A stretch of 64,000 nt of DNA from Candidatus Zambryskiibacteriota bacterium (GTDB taxonomy: Bacteria > Patescibacteriota > Minisyncoccia > Phycocordibacterales > DATDWN01): positions 53,367-117,366 of the forward strand of contig JAPLZY010000008.1 of NCBI GenBank assembly GCA_026394775.1, in the 5' to 3' direction. Under the pieces are notes generated by a model that was not told the DNA's origin, ran no database searches, and saw only the letters and a program-made list of their open reading frames with translations. Positions within the stretch are counted from its first letter, which is position 1. The number at the start of each line of letters is the position of its first letter. Of the stretch, positions 37,921-46,944 are shown piece after piece. The translations under genes and the position numbers were made by a program.

Positions 37921-38943
37921 ATGAGCACAGAAAAACTCTCCATCGTCATCGCAACAGGTATATATCCTCCAGAGCTTGGTGGGCCAGCAGAGTATGCAAA
38001 AAATTTAGCGCATGTGTGGAGAGCTGGAGGGCATAGTGTGCATGTAGAGGTCTTTAGTCGCTTTAACAATCTTTTGACAGGGGTTCGTCATTGTGTATAT
38101 TTTATTACTCTTTTTAAGAGTGTACGCAATGCCGATTTTGTGTATATTCTCGATACATTTAGTGCTGCACTTCCTGCACTTGTTATGTCAAAAATACTTG
38201 GTAAAACTACAATTTTACGCACGGGTGGGGATTTCCTTTGGGAAGGGTATGTAGAGCGGACAGGGGATTTGGTGTTGTTGAAAGATTTTTATACAAAACA
38301 CACACATCCATTTTCACTAAAAGAGAAAATAATTTTTACACTTATTAAGTGCATTCTGCAGCACGTTGACCTTGTTGTATGGAGTACAGCTTGGCAGAAA
38401 GATATTTTTGTAGAGCCCTATGGACTTCAGAAACAGAGGTGTGAAATTATTGAAAATTATTATGGTGAGCGATATGAATATGTCCCTTTTCAAAATAAAA
38501 ATTTCGTTGGAGGAACACGTGTGTTGAAATGGAAAAATTTAGCTATATTGAATGAGGTCTTTCAAGACACAGACGTTCTTGTTTCGGGAGCAAAACTCGA
38601 TCTAGAAAGAATGCCACATGCAGAGTTTTTAGAAAAAATAAAACAATCATACGCGGTTATTATCCCGTCTCTTGGCGATATTAGCCCAAACACTATTCTC
38701 GATGCAATTCGTTGTCAAAAACCTTTTATCGTAACAAGAGAAACTGGTCTATATGAACGCATCGCCCCGATTGCTCTTTTCGTAGACCCAAAAAACCCCG
38801 ATGATATAAAAGAAAAAGTGCTCTGGCTTTCAGACGAAGAAAATTATAAAAACCAATGTGCTAAAATAAAAGCATATACACATACACATAGTTGGGAAGA
38901 GATCGCAAAAGAATATGAAGAAGCGTATTTAAAAATTAAATGA
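37921..38943 (+). CDS. GT-B-fold glycosyltransferase-like protein (paralog of 34403)
   Basis: LSIVIATGIYPPELGGPAEYAKNL...GGHSVHV ... IIPSLGDISPNTILDAIRCQKPFIV. Confidence 0.5.
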   Translation: MSTEKLSIVIATGIYPPELGGPAEYAKNLAHVWRAGGHSVHVEVFSRFNNLLTGVRHCVYFITLFKSVRNADFVYILDTFSAALPALVMSKILGKTTILRTGGDFLWEGYVERTGDLVLLKDFYTKHTHPFSLKEKIIFTLIKCILQHVDLVVWSTAWQKDIFVEPYGLQKQRCEIIENYYGERYEYVPFQNKNFVGGTRVLKWKNLAILNEVFQDTDVLVSGAKLDLERMPHAEFLEKIKQSYAVIIPSLGDISPNTILDAIRCQKPFIVTRETGLYERIAPIALFVDPKNPDDIKEKVLWLSDEENYKNQCAKIKAYTHTHSWEEIAKEYEEAYLKIK

Positions 38944-40031
38944 AAATTCTTGTTATAACACAAACTGTCGATATTCATAGCACCACTCTTGGTTTTTTCA
39001 CGCGCTGGATAGAGGAGTTTTCAAAGCGCTTTGAGACAGTTGAGGTGGTATGTCTTTTGGAAGGAAAGTGTGTGCTTCCTACAAATGTTCGAGTTCACTC
39101 GCTCGGAAAAGAGGAGCTAGAAGGAATAGGTCACCTACCTGCGCAGGCAGGGATGTCAGAAGTTAGAAAAAAGATACAGTATATAATTAAATTCTATTCA
39201 TATATTTGGAAGTATCGAAATGAATATGATGCTGTGTTTGTACACATGAACCAAGAGTACATAGTGCTCGGTGGATTTTTATGGAAACTTCTTAGTAAGA
39301 AAATATTTTTCTGGAGAAATCATCCATACGGAAATACGTGGACACGCATAGCAGTGTGGTTTTCAGACATGGTGTTTTGTACAGCAGATAAATCTTTTAC
39401 TGCATCGTATAAAAAAACAAAGCTCATGCCAGCAGGTGTGGACACAGGAATATTTACCATTGATCCTAATGTTACAAGAGAGAAAAATTCACTGCTTTGT
39501 TTTGGGCGGATCGCTCCGGTAAAACGTATAGAGAGAGCTATCGACCTGACCGCTACCTTGTTGGCAAAAGGCATATCGGTGACTCTTTCTGTTGTAGGAG
39601 ACGCTCTTCCGAGAGATGCGGTATATGTCGAGGAGCTGAAAAAACGCGTAATGGAGGCCAAAATAGAGCCCGCAGTGCACTTTGTGAGAGGTGTAGACTT
39701 CATACGTGCCCCAGAGGCTTACCAAAGCCACGAGGTACTTTTAAACTTTACTGACTCAGGGAGTTTTGACAAAACAGTGATCGAAGCCCTGGCTTGTGGG
39801 GCAAAAGTGCTCGTCTCCAATACCTCAATGAAAGACATCCTCCCTCAAGGTTCTTTCACACCTGGGGACATAGAAGATGTCCAGGAAAAAATAAAAAATC
39901 TACTATCTTTAAATGGTGTTGAAAGTGCTCAATATGAAAACATGGCAAAGGAGTTGGTGGAAAAGCAAAGCCTTAAAGTCCTCATGGATAGATTGGCTTC
40001 ATATATTTCTAACTCAAAAATTTCTCTTTAA
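38940..40031 (+). CDS. GT4-like glycosyltransferase
   Basis: GRIAPVKRIERAID...DSGSFDKTVIEALACGAKVLVSN. Confidence 0.6.
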   Translation: MKILVITQTVDIHSTTLGFFTRWIEEFSKRFETVEVVCLLEGKCVLPTNVRVHSLGKEELEGIGHLPAQAGMSEVRKKIQYIIKFYSYIWKYRNEYDAVFVHMNQEYIVLGGFLWKLLSKKIFFWRNHPYGNTWTRIAVWFSDMVFCTADKSFTASYKKTKLMPAGVDTGIFTIDPNVTREKNSLLCFGRIAPVKRIERAIDLTATLLAKGISVTLSVVGDALPRDAVYVEELKKRVMEAKIEPAVHFVRGVDFIRAPEAYQSHEVLLNFTDSGSFDKTVIEALACGAKVLVSNTSMKDILPQGSFTPGDIEDVQEKIKNLLSLNGVESAQYENMAKELVEKQSLKVLMDRLASYISNSKISL

Positions 40032-40692
40032 TAATAATCCAGATACCTTTAACTCCATCTCGGTAGCGAATTTTTTTACCATCATCAAATGATCTTGGTT
40101 TGTGTGAGATAGGTACTTCAATAATACTAAAGTTATTTTTTACAATTCTTGCTGAAAATAAAAGTTCTGATTCAAAACCTCCGTTAGTAAAATAAGAAGA
40201 AGCTTCCTTTGGAAAAAGTTTGTAGCATGTCCAGAGGTCAGTGAGGTTGGTTTTGTAGAGTGTGTTGAAAAGAGCCGTAATAAACCACACTCCGACTCGG
40301 GGAATAAGCATCATTTTCCTGTCTTTTATTATGAGATTTCTTGAACCGTACACCACAGTGTTTTTGTTACTACCGAGTGCAGCTGTGAGTGCAGGTATCT
40401 CATCTGGGTTGTATTCCAGATCGGCATCTTGGATAAGTATATAGTCGCCTGTAGCACGCGTCAGACCTGTTGTAACCGCACTGCCTTTACCTTGGTTTTT
40501 TTCATGGTGGACTATGATGCAAGAGTCTTTGAAAGAAGCGAGTAATTCTCGTGTTCCGTCAGTTGATGCATCGTCCACAATTACAATTTCAATCGTCCAG
40601 TCTGGAATACTGAGTGACGAGACTTTGTGTACTATTTCTCTAATTGTTTTCTTTTCATTCCAGACAGGTATAACAATAGAGAGTTTTTTCAT
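40009..40692 (-). CDS. GT2 family glycosyltransferase (polyprenyl-phosphate sugar synthase-like)
   Basis: LSIVIPVWNEKKTI...VIVDDASTDGT...DADL. Confidence 0.8.
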   Translation of the reverse strand: MKKLSIVIPVWNEKKTIREIVHKVSSLSIPDWTIEIVIVDDASTDGTRELLASFKDSCIIVHHEKNQGKGSAVTTGLTRATGDYILIQDADLEYNPDEIPALTAALGSNKNTVVYGSRNLIIKDRKMMLIPRVGVWFITALFNTLYKTNLTDLWTCYKLFPKEASSYFTNGGFESELLFSARIVKNNFSIIEVPISHKPRSFDDGKKIRYRDGVKGIWIIIKEKFLS

Positions 40693-40798
40693 ATAGGGGG
40701 ATAGTAAAGAAATTTTATCAGAAAAAACTGCTTTTGGAAAAATCTTTGTACTTTTTCTTGATTTGCCTTTTTGGGTTTAATGCACTACTGTTTACTGT

Positions 40799-41512
40799 AT
40801 GTATAGAGGTAAAAAAGTAAGTGTTGTTATACCAACATATAATGAATCTCAGACTATCAGACAAGTGATCGATAGTTTTTTTGCGACAGGTTTTGTCGAT
40901 GAGGTGTTGGTGGTAGACAACAATGCAATCGGGAATACAAAAGAAGAGGTGGGTAAGACTCGGGCACGATTGATAGTGGAAACCAAGCAGGGTTATGGAA
41001 ATGCATTGATGTGCGGCCTTGCACAAGCGTCGGGAGATTTGGTTGTTATGGTGGAAGCGGATGGTACGTTTGAGCCTGCGGATTTACATAAGTTTCTACT
41101 TTACAGTGACGACTTTCCGGTAGTTTTTGGTACTCGCACATCACGTGCAGCTATTTGGTCTGGAGCTTTCATGCCGTTTCCGGTACGTTTTGCCAACTGG
41201 CTCTGGGCGAAGGTGATTGAAGTTTTGTATAATGGTCCTGTCCTCACCGATGTGGGCTGTACGTTTAAACTAATCAACCGAAACTCTCTTGAGAAAATAA
41301 AAAAATACTTTGCCTTGTCGAAAGGGGACGGCACCTTTTCTCCAGAGTTGATGATATGGCTTGTTCACCACGAAAAGAAAATCATCGAAATTCCTGTGAT
41401 TTACAAAGAACGAGTGGGTGAGTCAGGGTATACAGGTAGTGTATGGAAAGCAGGGAAGCTTGGATTTAAAATGTTGCCACTTATTATCAAATATAGATTT
41501 AAGAAAATATAA
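40799..41512 (+). CDS. GT2 family glycosyltransferase (DPM1/ArnC-like)
   Basis: VSVVIPTYNESQTI...VVDNN...MVEADG. Confidence 0.8.
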   Translation: MYRGKKVSVVIPTYNESQTIRQVIDSFFATGFVDEVLVVDNNAIGNTKEEVGKTRARLIVETKQGYGNALMCGLAQASGDLVVMVEADGTFEPADLHKFLLYSDDFPVVFGTRTSRAAIWSGAFMPFPVRFANWLWAKVIEVLYNGPVLTDVGCTFKLINRNSLEKIKKYFALSKGDGTFSPELMIWLVHHEKKIIEIPVIYKERVGESGYTGSVWKAGKLGFKMLPLIIKYRFKKI

Positions 41513-43011
41513 TGTACCTTGCTCGTATTAAAGATGTTATAAAAAATAATAAAACAGAAATTATTATTTTTTTTGTTGCAATTTTTTTCTCATTCTGCGC
41601 TTTTTATTTTAATACCGTTAAATTTCAGAACGATGATCAGTTTACTATTTACCGGTATATAGAAAACATAGCGGATGGAAAGGGTTTTGTATTTAATGAA
41701 GGTGAGCGTGTTCTCGGCTCAACCACACCGCTCTTTACACTGCTTGGTGCGATATTGAAATATATATTTCCAACTGTTTCAACTCAGTTGTTGATTGCAG
41801 TATTAAATTCACTGCTCATCTCTTTGTCGGCCGTGTGGTTTTTTAGGTTGAGCACCCTCATGATGTCACGGCAGTTTTCCTTGGCTTCAGTTTTTATTTT
41901 TATATTACATATGTCAAAAACTGTATCCGCAGGAATGGAAACCCCACTGTGCGTACTTTTCTTTTTGATTTTTCTTGCTTATGTTTTTTCGGGTCGTCAT
42001 ATGTATGCCGCACTTGCCCTCGGGGGTGCCATACTCACTCGTCCGGATGCTTTGTTGGTTGCAGCGCTTGCGTGTGTTTTTTGGCTTACAACTATTGGGT
42101 TTAAGAAAACAGTTGTGTACGGACTTGTTATGTCCGCCGTAATATTTCCGTGGACTATGTTTGCAACACTGTATTTCGGATCACCAATACCTCAATCTCT
42201 GGTAACCAAGTCGCATGTTTCTGATATTGTCTATCAACCAAGATTCCAGGCATTTAAAGGCCAACTTGCAGAAATGAGTCGAATGTATTGGGGTAAAGTT
42301 ATTGACCCAGAAAATATTCCAGTTCAGTCGGTAATAAATCTATTACCTTTTCTTGTGATGGTAGCTTTTGGTGTGCGGTATTATGGGAAGAAATATTGGC
42401 TATTGTTTGCTATTCCATTGGCGTATCTTATAAGTTATGGATATTCAAACCCGGTTATGTATCCGTGGTATATAAGTCAGCTTACTCCGTTTTGGCTCCT
42501 GTGCTCTCTTTTGGGTGTGTATAAAATTTATGAGTATGTTGTCGAGAGGGTGGGGTCACATCAGCGGTGGATATATGCAGGTGTAATTACGTTGCTTGTT
42601 TTTGGTCCTTTGTACGGCTACGCACAGCTCGCTGGCTCTCGTGGTGAAGGAAGTAAGATCACGTTATATAAAATGGCGCTCTATATTAAAGAGCATAAAC
42701 AAGTTGGTGATACGGTTGGCTTAAGTAATATTGGTATTGTAAGTCATACACTGAACGATACCTACATCTATGATTTTATTGGCCTGACACGTAAAGACAC
42801 TCTAAAATATTATCCGATCAAAGATGAGTGTCTCGTCAAAAATCAATATGTCATACCTCCACAAATGGTAAAAGATATGCAACCCGATTGGATTATTGCA
42901 GGTGAGGCTGAGTGGGTACCGTGCTTTGTGCAGAGTGAATGGTTTTTGTCTCGTTATAAACCGGTATACAATGCGGGTACGACTGCATATGTGTGGCAGA
43001 AAATAAAGTAG
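41512..43011 (+). CDS. polytopic membrane protein, putative GT-C glycosyltransferase (ArnT-like)
   Basis: 499 aa with about 11 TM helices. Lies between a GT2 and an SMR-type gene. Confidence 0.45.
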   Translation: MYLARIKDVIKNNKTEIIIFFVAIFFSFCAFYFNTVKFQNDDQFTIYRYIENIADGKGFVFNEGERVLGSTTPLFTLLGAILKYIFPTVSTQLLIAVLNSLLISLSAVWFFRLSTLMMSRQFSLASVFIFILHMSKTVSAGMETPLCVLFFLIFLAYVFSGRHMYAALALGGAILTRPDALLVAALACVFWLTTIGFKKTVVYGLVMSAVIFPWTMFATLYFGSPIPQSLVTKSHVSDIVYQPRFQAFKGQLAEMSRMYWGKVIDPENIPVQSVINLLPFLVMVAFGVRYYGKKYWLLFAIPLAYLISYGYSNPVMYPWYISQLTPFWLLCSLLGVYKIYEYVVERVGSHQRWIYAGVITLLVFGPLYGYAQLAGSRGEGSKITLYKMALYIKEHKQVGDTVGLSNIGIVSHTLNDTYIYDFIGLTRKDTLKYYPIKDECLVKNQYVIPPQMVKDMQPDWIIAGEAEWVPCFVQSEWFLSRYKPVYNAGTTAYVWQKIK

Positions 43012-43376
43012 TACTTATGGCTTATATATATCTTATATGTGCGTTTATATTGAATGCCTCAGGAAATATTTTTCTGAAGCTCGGTTCTCGGCAGGGCCTC
43101 AATTTTTCTTCGTTTGTTCCAACTGTATTTTTGTTTTCAAACTGGCAGTTTGTTCTCGGATGTGTGCTGTTTGTTTTAAACGTACCTCTTTATTTTCTTG
43201 CATTAAGAAACATAGAACTTTCTACTGCGTATCCGATCATGGTCGGAATGAGTTTTCTTATTGTAAACAGTACAGCATTCTTTTTGTTTAAAGAGTCGGT
43301 GAGTGTGTTGCAAATACTTGGGTATGTGTGTATGGTGGTGGGTATTATACTTGTGGTTGCATATGGACGTCCGTAG
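42993..43376 (+). CDS. SMR/EamA-like 4-TM transporter (ArnE/ArnF-like flippase subunit)
   Basis: 127 aa with four TM helices. NASGNIFLKLG is ArnE/EmrE-like. Confidence 0.5.
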   Translation: MAENKVVLMAYIYLICAFILNASGNIFLKLGSRQGLNFSSFVPTVFLFSNWQFVLGCVLFVLNVPLYFLALRNIELSTAYPIMVGMSFLIVNSTAFFLFKESVSVLQILGYVCMVVGIILVVAYGRP

Positions 43377-44631
43377 AAATACTATTTATACAGCAGAACT
43401 CAGATACGCACCCGAGAGTACTTTGATACTCGATATTGACGGTACTCTTGTGCCGGATAAGTCAAATCACATACCACGAGATCTTTTTCTATATATTGAG
43501 CAACTAAAATCTTCCCATCGGGTATATGTTTGCTCCAATGGTGATGTAGGGCGCACAGAAAGTATTGCCAAAAAATTAGGAGTACCGGTACTTGAAGTAC
43601 ATAAGCCGTTTGGAAAAATACCTGACTTTTGGTCACCTGAAGGTGATGTGCTGGTGGTGGGTGACAAATACCTCACGGACGGTTTGTTTGCAGAAAGATT
43701 GAATGCACGTTTTATAAAAGTTGATCATGTGAAGTCCTATACCGACTCTCGAAACATTAATATTTCATATGCACTCGATGATGTGGTTTGGTTTGCAAAA
43801 CTTGCTGTAAAACTAGCAAGACCTTTTCAGTGGGTAAAAAATATTTTAGTCTATGCTCCGTTGTTTTTTGCAAGTGAATTTTTAACGATAAAACTTGTCG
43901 ATGTTACGCTTGCATGTATTATTTTTTCAGTATCTGCGAGTGCGGTATATATATTCAATGATATAAGTGATGCAAGTAAAGATGCGCTACATCCGGTGAA
44001 AAAATACAGACCGATCGCATCTGGTCAAATGTCACATACGCAAGCATATATATTGCTTTTTGTATTGCTGTGTATTGTTGGTGTCGGTCTTTATGTATTG
44101 CCGGTACTTTTCTTACCTATACTTTTATATATAAGTGCAAACATTTTATATTCGAAGTGGCTAAAACACGTTGCTGTTCTCGACATGCTACTGGTGGCTT
44201 CTTTTTATGTTGTGCGAGTTGTGGCGGGAGGAATGGTTGCTCAGGTGCCATTGTCTCCATGGATACTCCTCTGTGTCTTTTTTGGAGCCTTGTTTATTGT
44301 GGTAGGGAAAAGAAGAGCGGAGTATGGTAGAGAGGTCAGAAGAGAGGTGCTCGAAGAATATTCAGAAAAAGCTCTAGACTATATGTTTGCCGGGTCTGTG
44401 GCGATAGCCATTCTTACCTACGGTATTTACACTATTATAGGTCACATATCTTCGTATCTTGTGTACTCAACATTTTTTGTGGTGCTTGCACTGTTTCGTG
44501 TACTCAATCGCATCTATACACACCCAGAGCAAGCAGAATCACCCGAAGTGCTCGTCTTTAAAGATCTTTTTGTACTCGGGTCTTTTGTCGCATGGGGCAT
44601 ATATGTGTTTATAGTTTTTTATATTACATAA
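43363..44631 (+). CDS. fusion protein: N-terminal HAD-superfamily phosphatase domain plus C-terminal UbiA-family prenyl-phosphate phosphoribosyl/glycosyl-transferase (DPPR-synthase-like)
   Basis: HAD motif I LILDIDGTLVPD and motif GDKYLTDG. UbiA Asp-rich motifs NDISDASKDALHP and VVGKRRAE across about nine TM helices. ATG at 43363 overlaps the previous stop by 14 nt. Confidence 0.6.
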   Translation: MDVRRNTIYTAELRYAPESTLILDIDGTLVPDKSNHIPRDLFLYIEQLKSSHRVYVCSNGDVGRTESIAKKLGVPVLEVHKPFGKIPDFWSPEGDVLVVGDKYLTDGLFAERLNARFIKVDHVKSYTDSRNINISYALDDVVWFAKLAVKLARPFQWVKNILVYAPLFFASEFLTIKLVDVTLACIIFSVSASAVYIFNDISDASKDALHPVKKYRPIASGQMSHTQAYILLFVLLCIVGVGLYVLPVLFLPILLYISANILYSKWLKHVAVLDMLLVASFYVVRVVAGGMVAQVPLSPWILLCVFFGALFIVVGKRRAEYGREVRREVLEEYSEKALDYMFAGSVAIAILTYGIYTIIGHISSYLVYSTFFVVLALFRVLNRIYTHPEQAESPEVLVFKDLFVLGSFVAWGIYVFIVFYIT

Positions 44632-44729
44632 TACTTTACAAATAGTTGTATAGGTATAGTATGGTTCGCAGAGTAAAAAACATGAATAAAATTAAGCTAT
44701 GAATCGCTACGTTAGTCGTAGGGCAATGG

Positions 44730-45185
44730 ATGCCGTGGATGGGGACTGTAGGCAGCTTCCTCTCAATTCCTCTGTGTGTAGGTGTCGTTCGTCTTGGTGT
44801 CTATACGGGACACCCCTTAGGAGTACTCGTAATAGCTAGTGCTCTTACATTGTTACTGGGAGTTTGGAGTATCCCAGTGGCTGAAAAATTGCTTGGTCCG
44901 AGGACGGATCCATTTAAAAGGGTTCGTAGTCACGATCATAACCAGATCGCTATAGATGAAACACTGGGGATGTTGGTGGGTACAATCGCACTGATACTTA
45001 CAGCGCATACCAGTTGGATTCACTACGGTTTACTTTTTATTGTATTTCGTTTTTTTGACGTCATCAAAGTGTGGCCAGCATCGTATTTCGACAACACACA
45101 AAGTCCGTGGGCTGTAATGCTCGACGATGTGTGTGCAGGTATATACGCCGCAGCTGTGCTTTACAGCTTGTTCATTTTTATATAA
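44730..45185 (+). CDS. phosphatidylglycerophosphatase A (PgpA) family protein
   Basis: MGTVGSF, DETLGM and LDDVCAG are conserved PgpA motifs. GC is about 48%. Confidence 0.6.
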   Translation: MPWMGTVGSFLSIPLCVGVVRLGVYTGHPLGVLVIASALTLLLGVWSIPVAEKLLGPRTDPFKRVRSHDHNQIAIDETLGMLVGTIALILTAHTSWIHYGLLFIVFRFFDVIKVWPASYFDNTQSPWAVMLDDVCAGIYAAAVLYSLFIFI

Positions 45186-45204
45186 CAAAAGGCAAGGGGA
45201 GTTT

Positions 45205-45765
45205 ATGAGTAAATTTCAGTTGGTATGCGGGCTTTTAAACCCTAGGCTGAAGGCGATGTATTCGAAAGATTTTGATGGTGCTACTGCAGTTATTGCGGCA
45301 CCGTTTAATCGGTATTTACCAAACGAAACACCTGATGTGTCTAATGCTCAAATTGCAGACATTGCAGGAAAAATATGTAAGCAAGTGGGGTTAGCCTTCT
45401 TAGGTCAAGGTGAACAGGTAGACATACTTGATTCACGGGTTTGTTCGGTGAGGTATCGATCACAAGCCGGAGCGTGGGTGCAGACTCATGTGCTGGTCCG
45501 CTGGATTGCCGCTGAAGTTCTTAAATTAGGCAAAGGATCAACTGTGGTACTGGTGGGACATCCACACCATGTTCGGAGGATTTCGTTACTTGCTCGATAC
45601 TATCGTTTAAACCCTTTGGTGTCTGCTAGGTGTGAATCAGTCCCGTACGATGGGTCTGATCGCGAGGGTGCTCAATGGTGGTGTAAGTCTGTGTGGAGGT
45701 ATATTCCTTGGGAGTATGCTTCCCGGGCAGTGCTTATTGCGAAGCTCTTGATGGGACAAATATGA
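45205..45765 (+). CDS. hypothetical protein (possibly DUF218/YdcF-like)
   Basis: ATG at 45205 after aagggga. GC is about 50%. VVLVGHPHHVRR. Confidence 0.4.
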   Translation: MSKFQLVCGLLNPRLKAMYSKDFDGATAVIAAPFNRYLPNETPDVSNAQIADIAGKICKQVGLAFLGQGEQVDILDSRVCSVRYRSQAGAWVQTHVLVRWIAAEVLKLGKGSTVVLVGHPHHVRRISLLARYYRLNPLVSARCESVPYDGSDREGAQWWCKSVWRYIPWEYASRAVLIAKLLMGQI

Positions 45766-45778
45766 CAAATATGAAGAG

Positions 45779-45808
45779 TGACAGGTTGGCAGTATGCCAA
45801 CCTGTTTT
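45779..45808 (+). terminator. rho-independent terminator
   Basis: acaggttggc-agtat-gccaacctgt followed by TTTTTT. Confidence 0.75.
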
Positions 45809-45834
45809 TTGTTTCTATAAAGTCGTGATATATT

Positions 45835-46875
45835 TTGACTATGAAATATTTTATAACAGGAGGATCTGGTTTTTTGGGAATAAATTTGACTCGACATCTT
45901 TTGAGTCGAGGACATGAGGTAATAATATATGACTTGTTGCCTTTTGACTACCCTGAAAAAAATAAAGTTACGTCGATAATCGGTGATATTAGAAATTTTG
46001 ATTTTCTGAAAGAAAGCATGAAGGGTGCTGATATTGTAGTGCATACGGCAGCGGCATTGCCATTGTATAGTACAGAGGATATCCGAACAACAGATATCGA
46101 TGGTACGAGAAACGTGTGTCAGGCTTCATTCGATAACGGGGTAGCGCGTATGGTGCATATTTCTTCAACAGCGGTATACGGCATTCCAGACCACCATCCG
46201 CTTTTTGAGACAGATAAACTCGATGGTGTTGGTGAGTACGGCAAAGCTAAAATAGCAGCTGAAGAGATTTGTAAAAATTTTAGAAAAAAAGGTTTGGTAG
46301 TGCCAATACTTCGACCAAAGTCTTTCATAGGTCCTGAGCGACTAGGTGTATTTGCATTGTTCTATGATTGGGCTTCGACAGGTCACGGTTTTCCTATGAT
46401 TGGTAACGGCAAAAACAGATACCAGCTCATGGATGTTGAAGATTTTTGTGAAGGAATATACCTTGCTGCAACTGTGGATGCGTCTAAAGCAAATGATGTA
46501 TTTAATTTTGGAGCGAAAGAATTTATGACAATGAAAGAAGACTACCAGGCGGTGCTCGATGAAGCAGGGTTTGGTAAAAAAATATCAGGTTTTCCTGCAA
46601 CTCCAATGATCTGGACTCTGAGGCTTCTTGAGTTGTTGCACATTTCACCACTCTACAAATGGGTCTACGAGACTGCATCTAAAGATAGTTTTGTGTCTAT
46701 ACAAAAAGCAGAGGAGGTGCTTGGATATGCACCAACATATTCAAATAAAGACGCCTTGGTAAGAAATTATAAGTGGTATCTTGAACACAGAAAAGATTTT
46801 GAAGGAAAAAGTGGAGTGTCACATCGAGTACCATGGAAGCAGGGAATACTTGGTTTTGCAAAATTGTTTTTCTAA
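45835..46875 (+). CDS. NAD-dependent epimerase/dehydratase
   Basis: YFITGGSGFLGINLTRHLL and YGKAKIAAE. Confidence 0.8.
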   Translation: MTMKYFITGGSGFLGINLTRHLLSRGHEVIIYDLLPFDYPEKNKVTSIIGDIRNFDFLKESMKGADIVVHTAAALPLYSTEDIRTTDIDGTRNVCQASFDNGVARMVHISSTAVYGIPDHHPLFETDKLDGVGEYGKAKIAAEEICKNFRKKGLVVPILRPKSFIGPERLGVFALFYDWASTGHGFPMIGNGKNRYQLMDVEDFCEGIYLAATVDASKANDVFNFGAKEFMTMKEDYQAVLDEAGFGKKISGFPATPMIWTLRLLELLHISPLYKWVYETASKDSFVSIQKAEEVLGYAPTYSNKDALVRNYKWYLEHRKDFEGKSGVSHRVPWKQGILGFAKLFF

Positions 46876-46944
46876 AAATTAAACATAAAAAATAAAAAAA
46901 GCAATACTTTGAGCGTATATGGAATGTGGTAGCATAAGAGCACT

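Noticed and set aside
43303-43362. Longer start for the HAD-UbiA gene (MCCKYLGMCVWWW...)
   Set aside because: The extension is Cys/Trp-rich nonsense that overlaps the preceding SMR gene in another frame. The ATG at 43363 gives a conventional 14-nt overlap.
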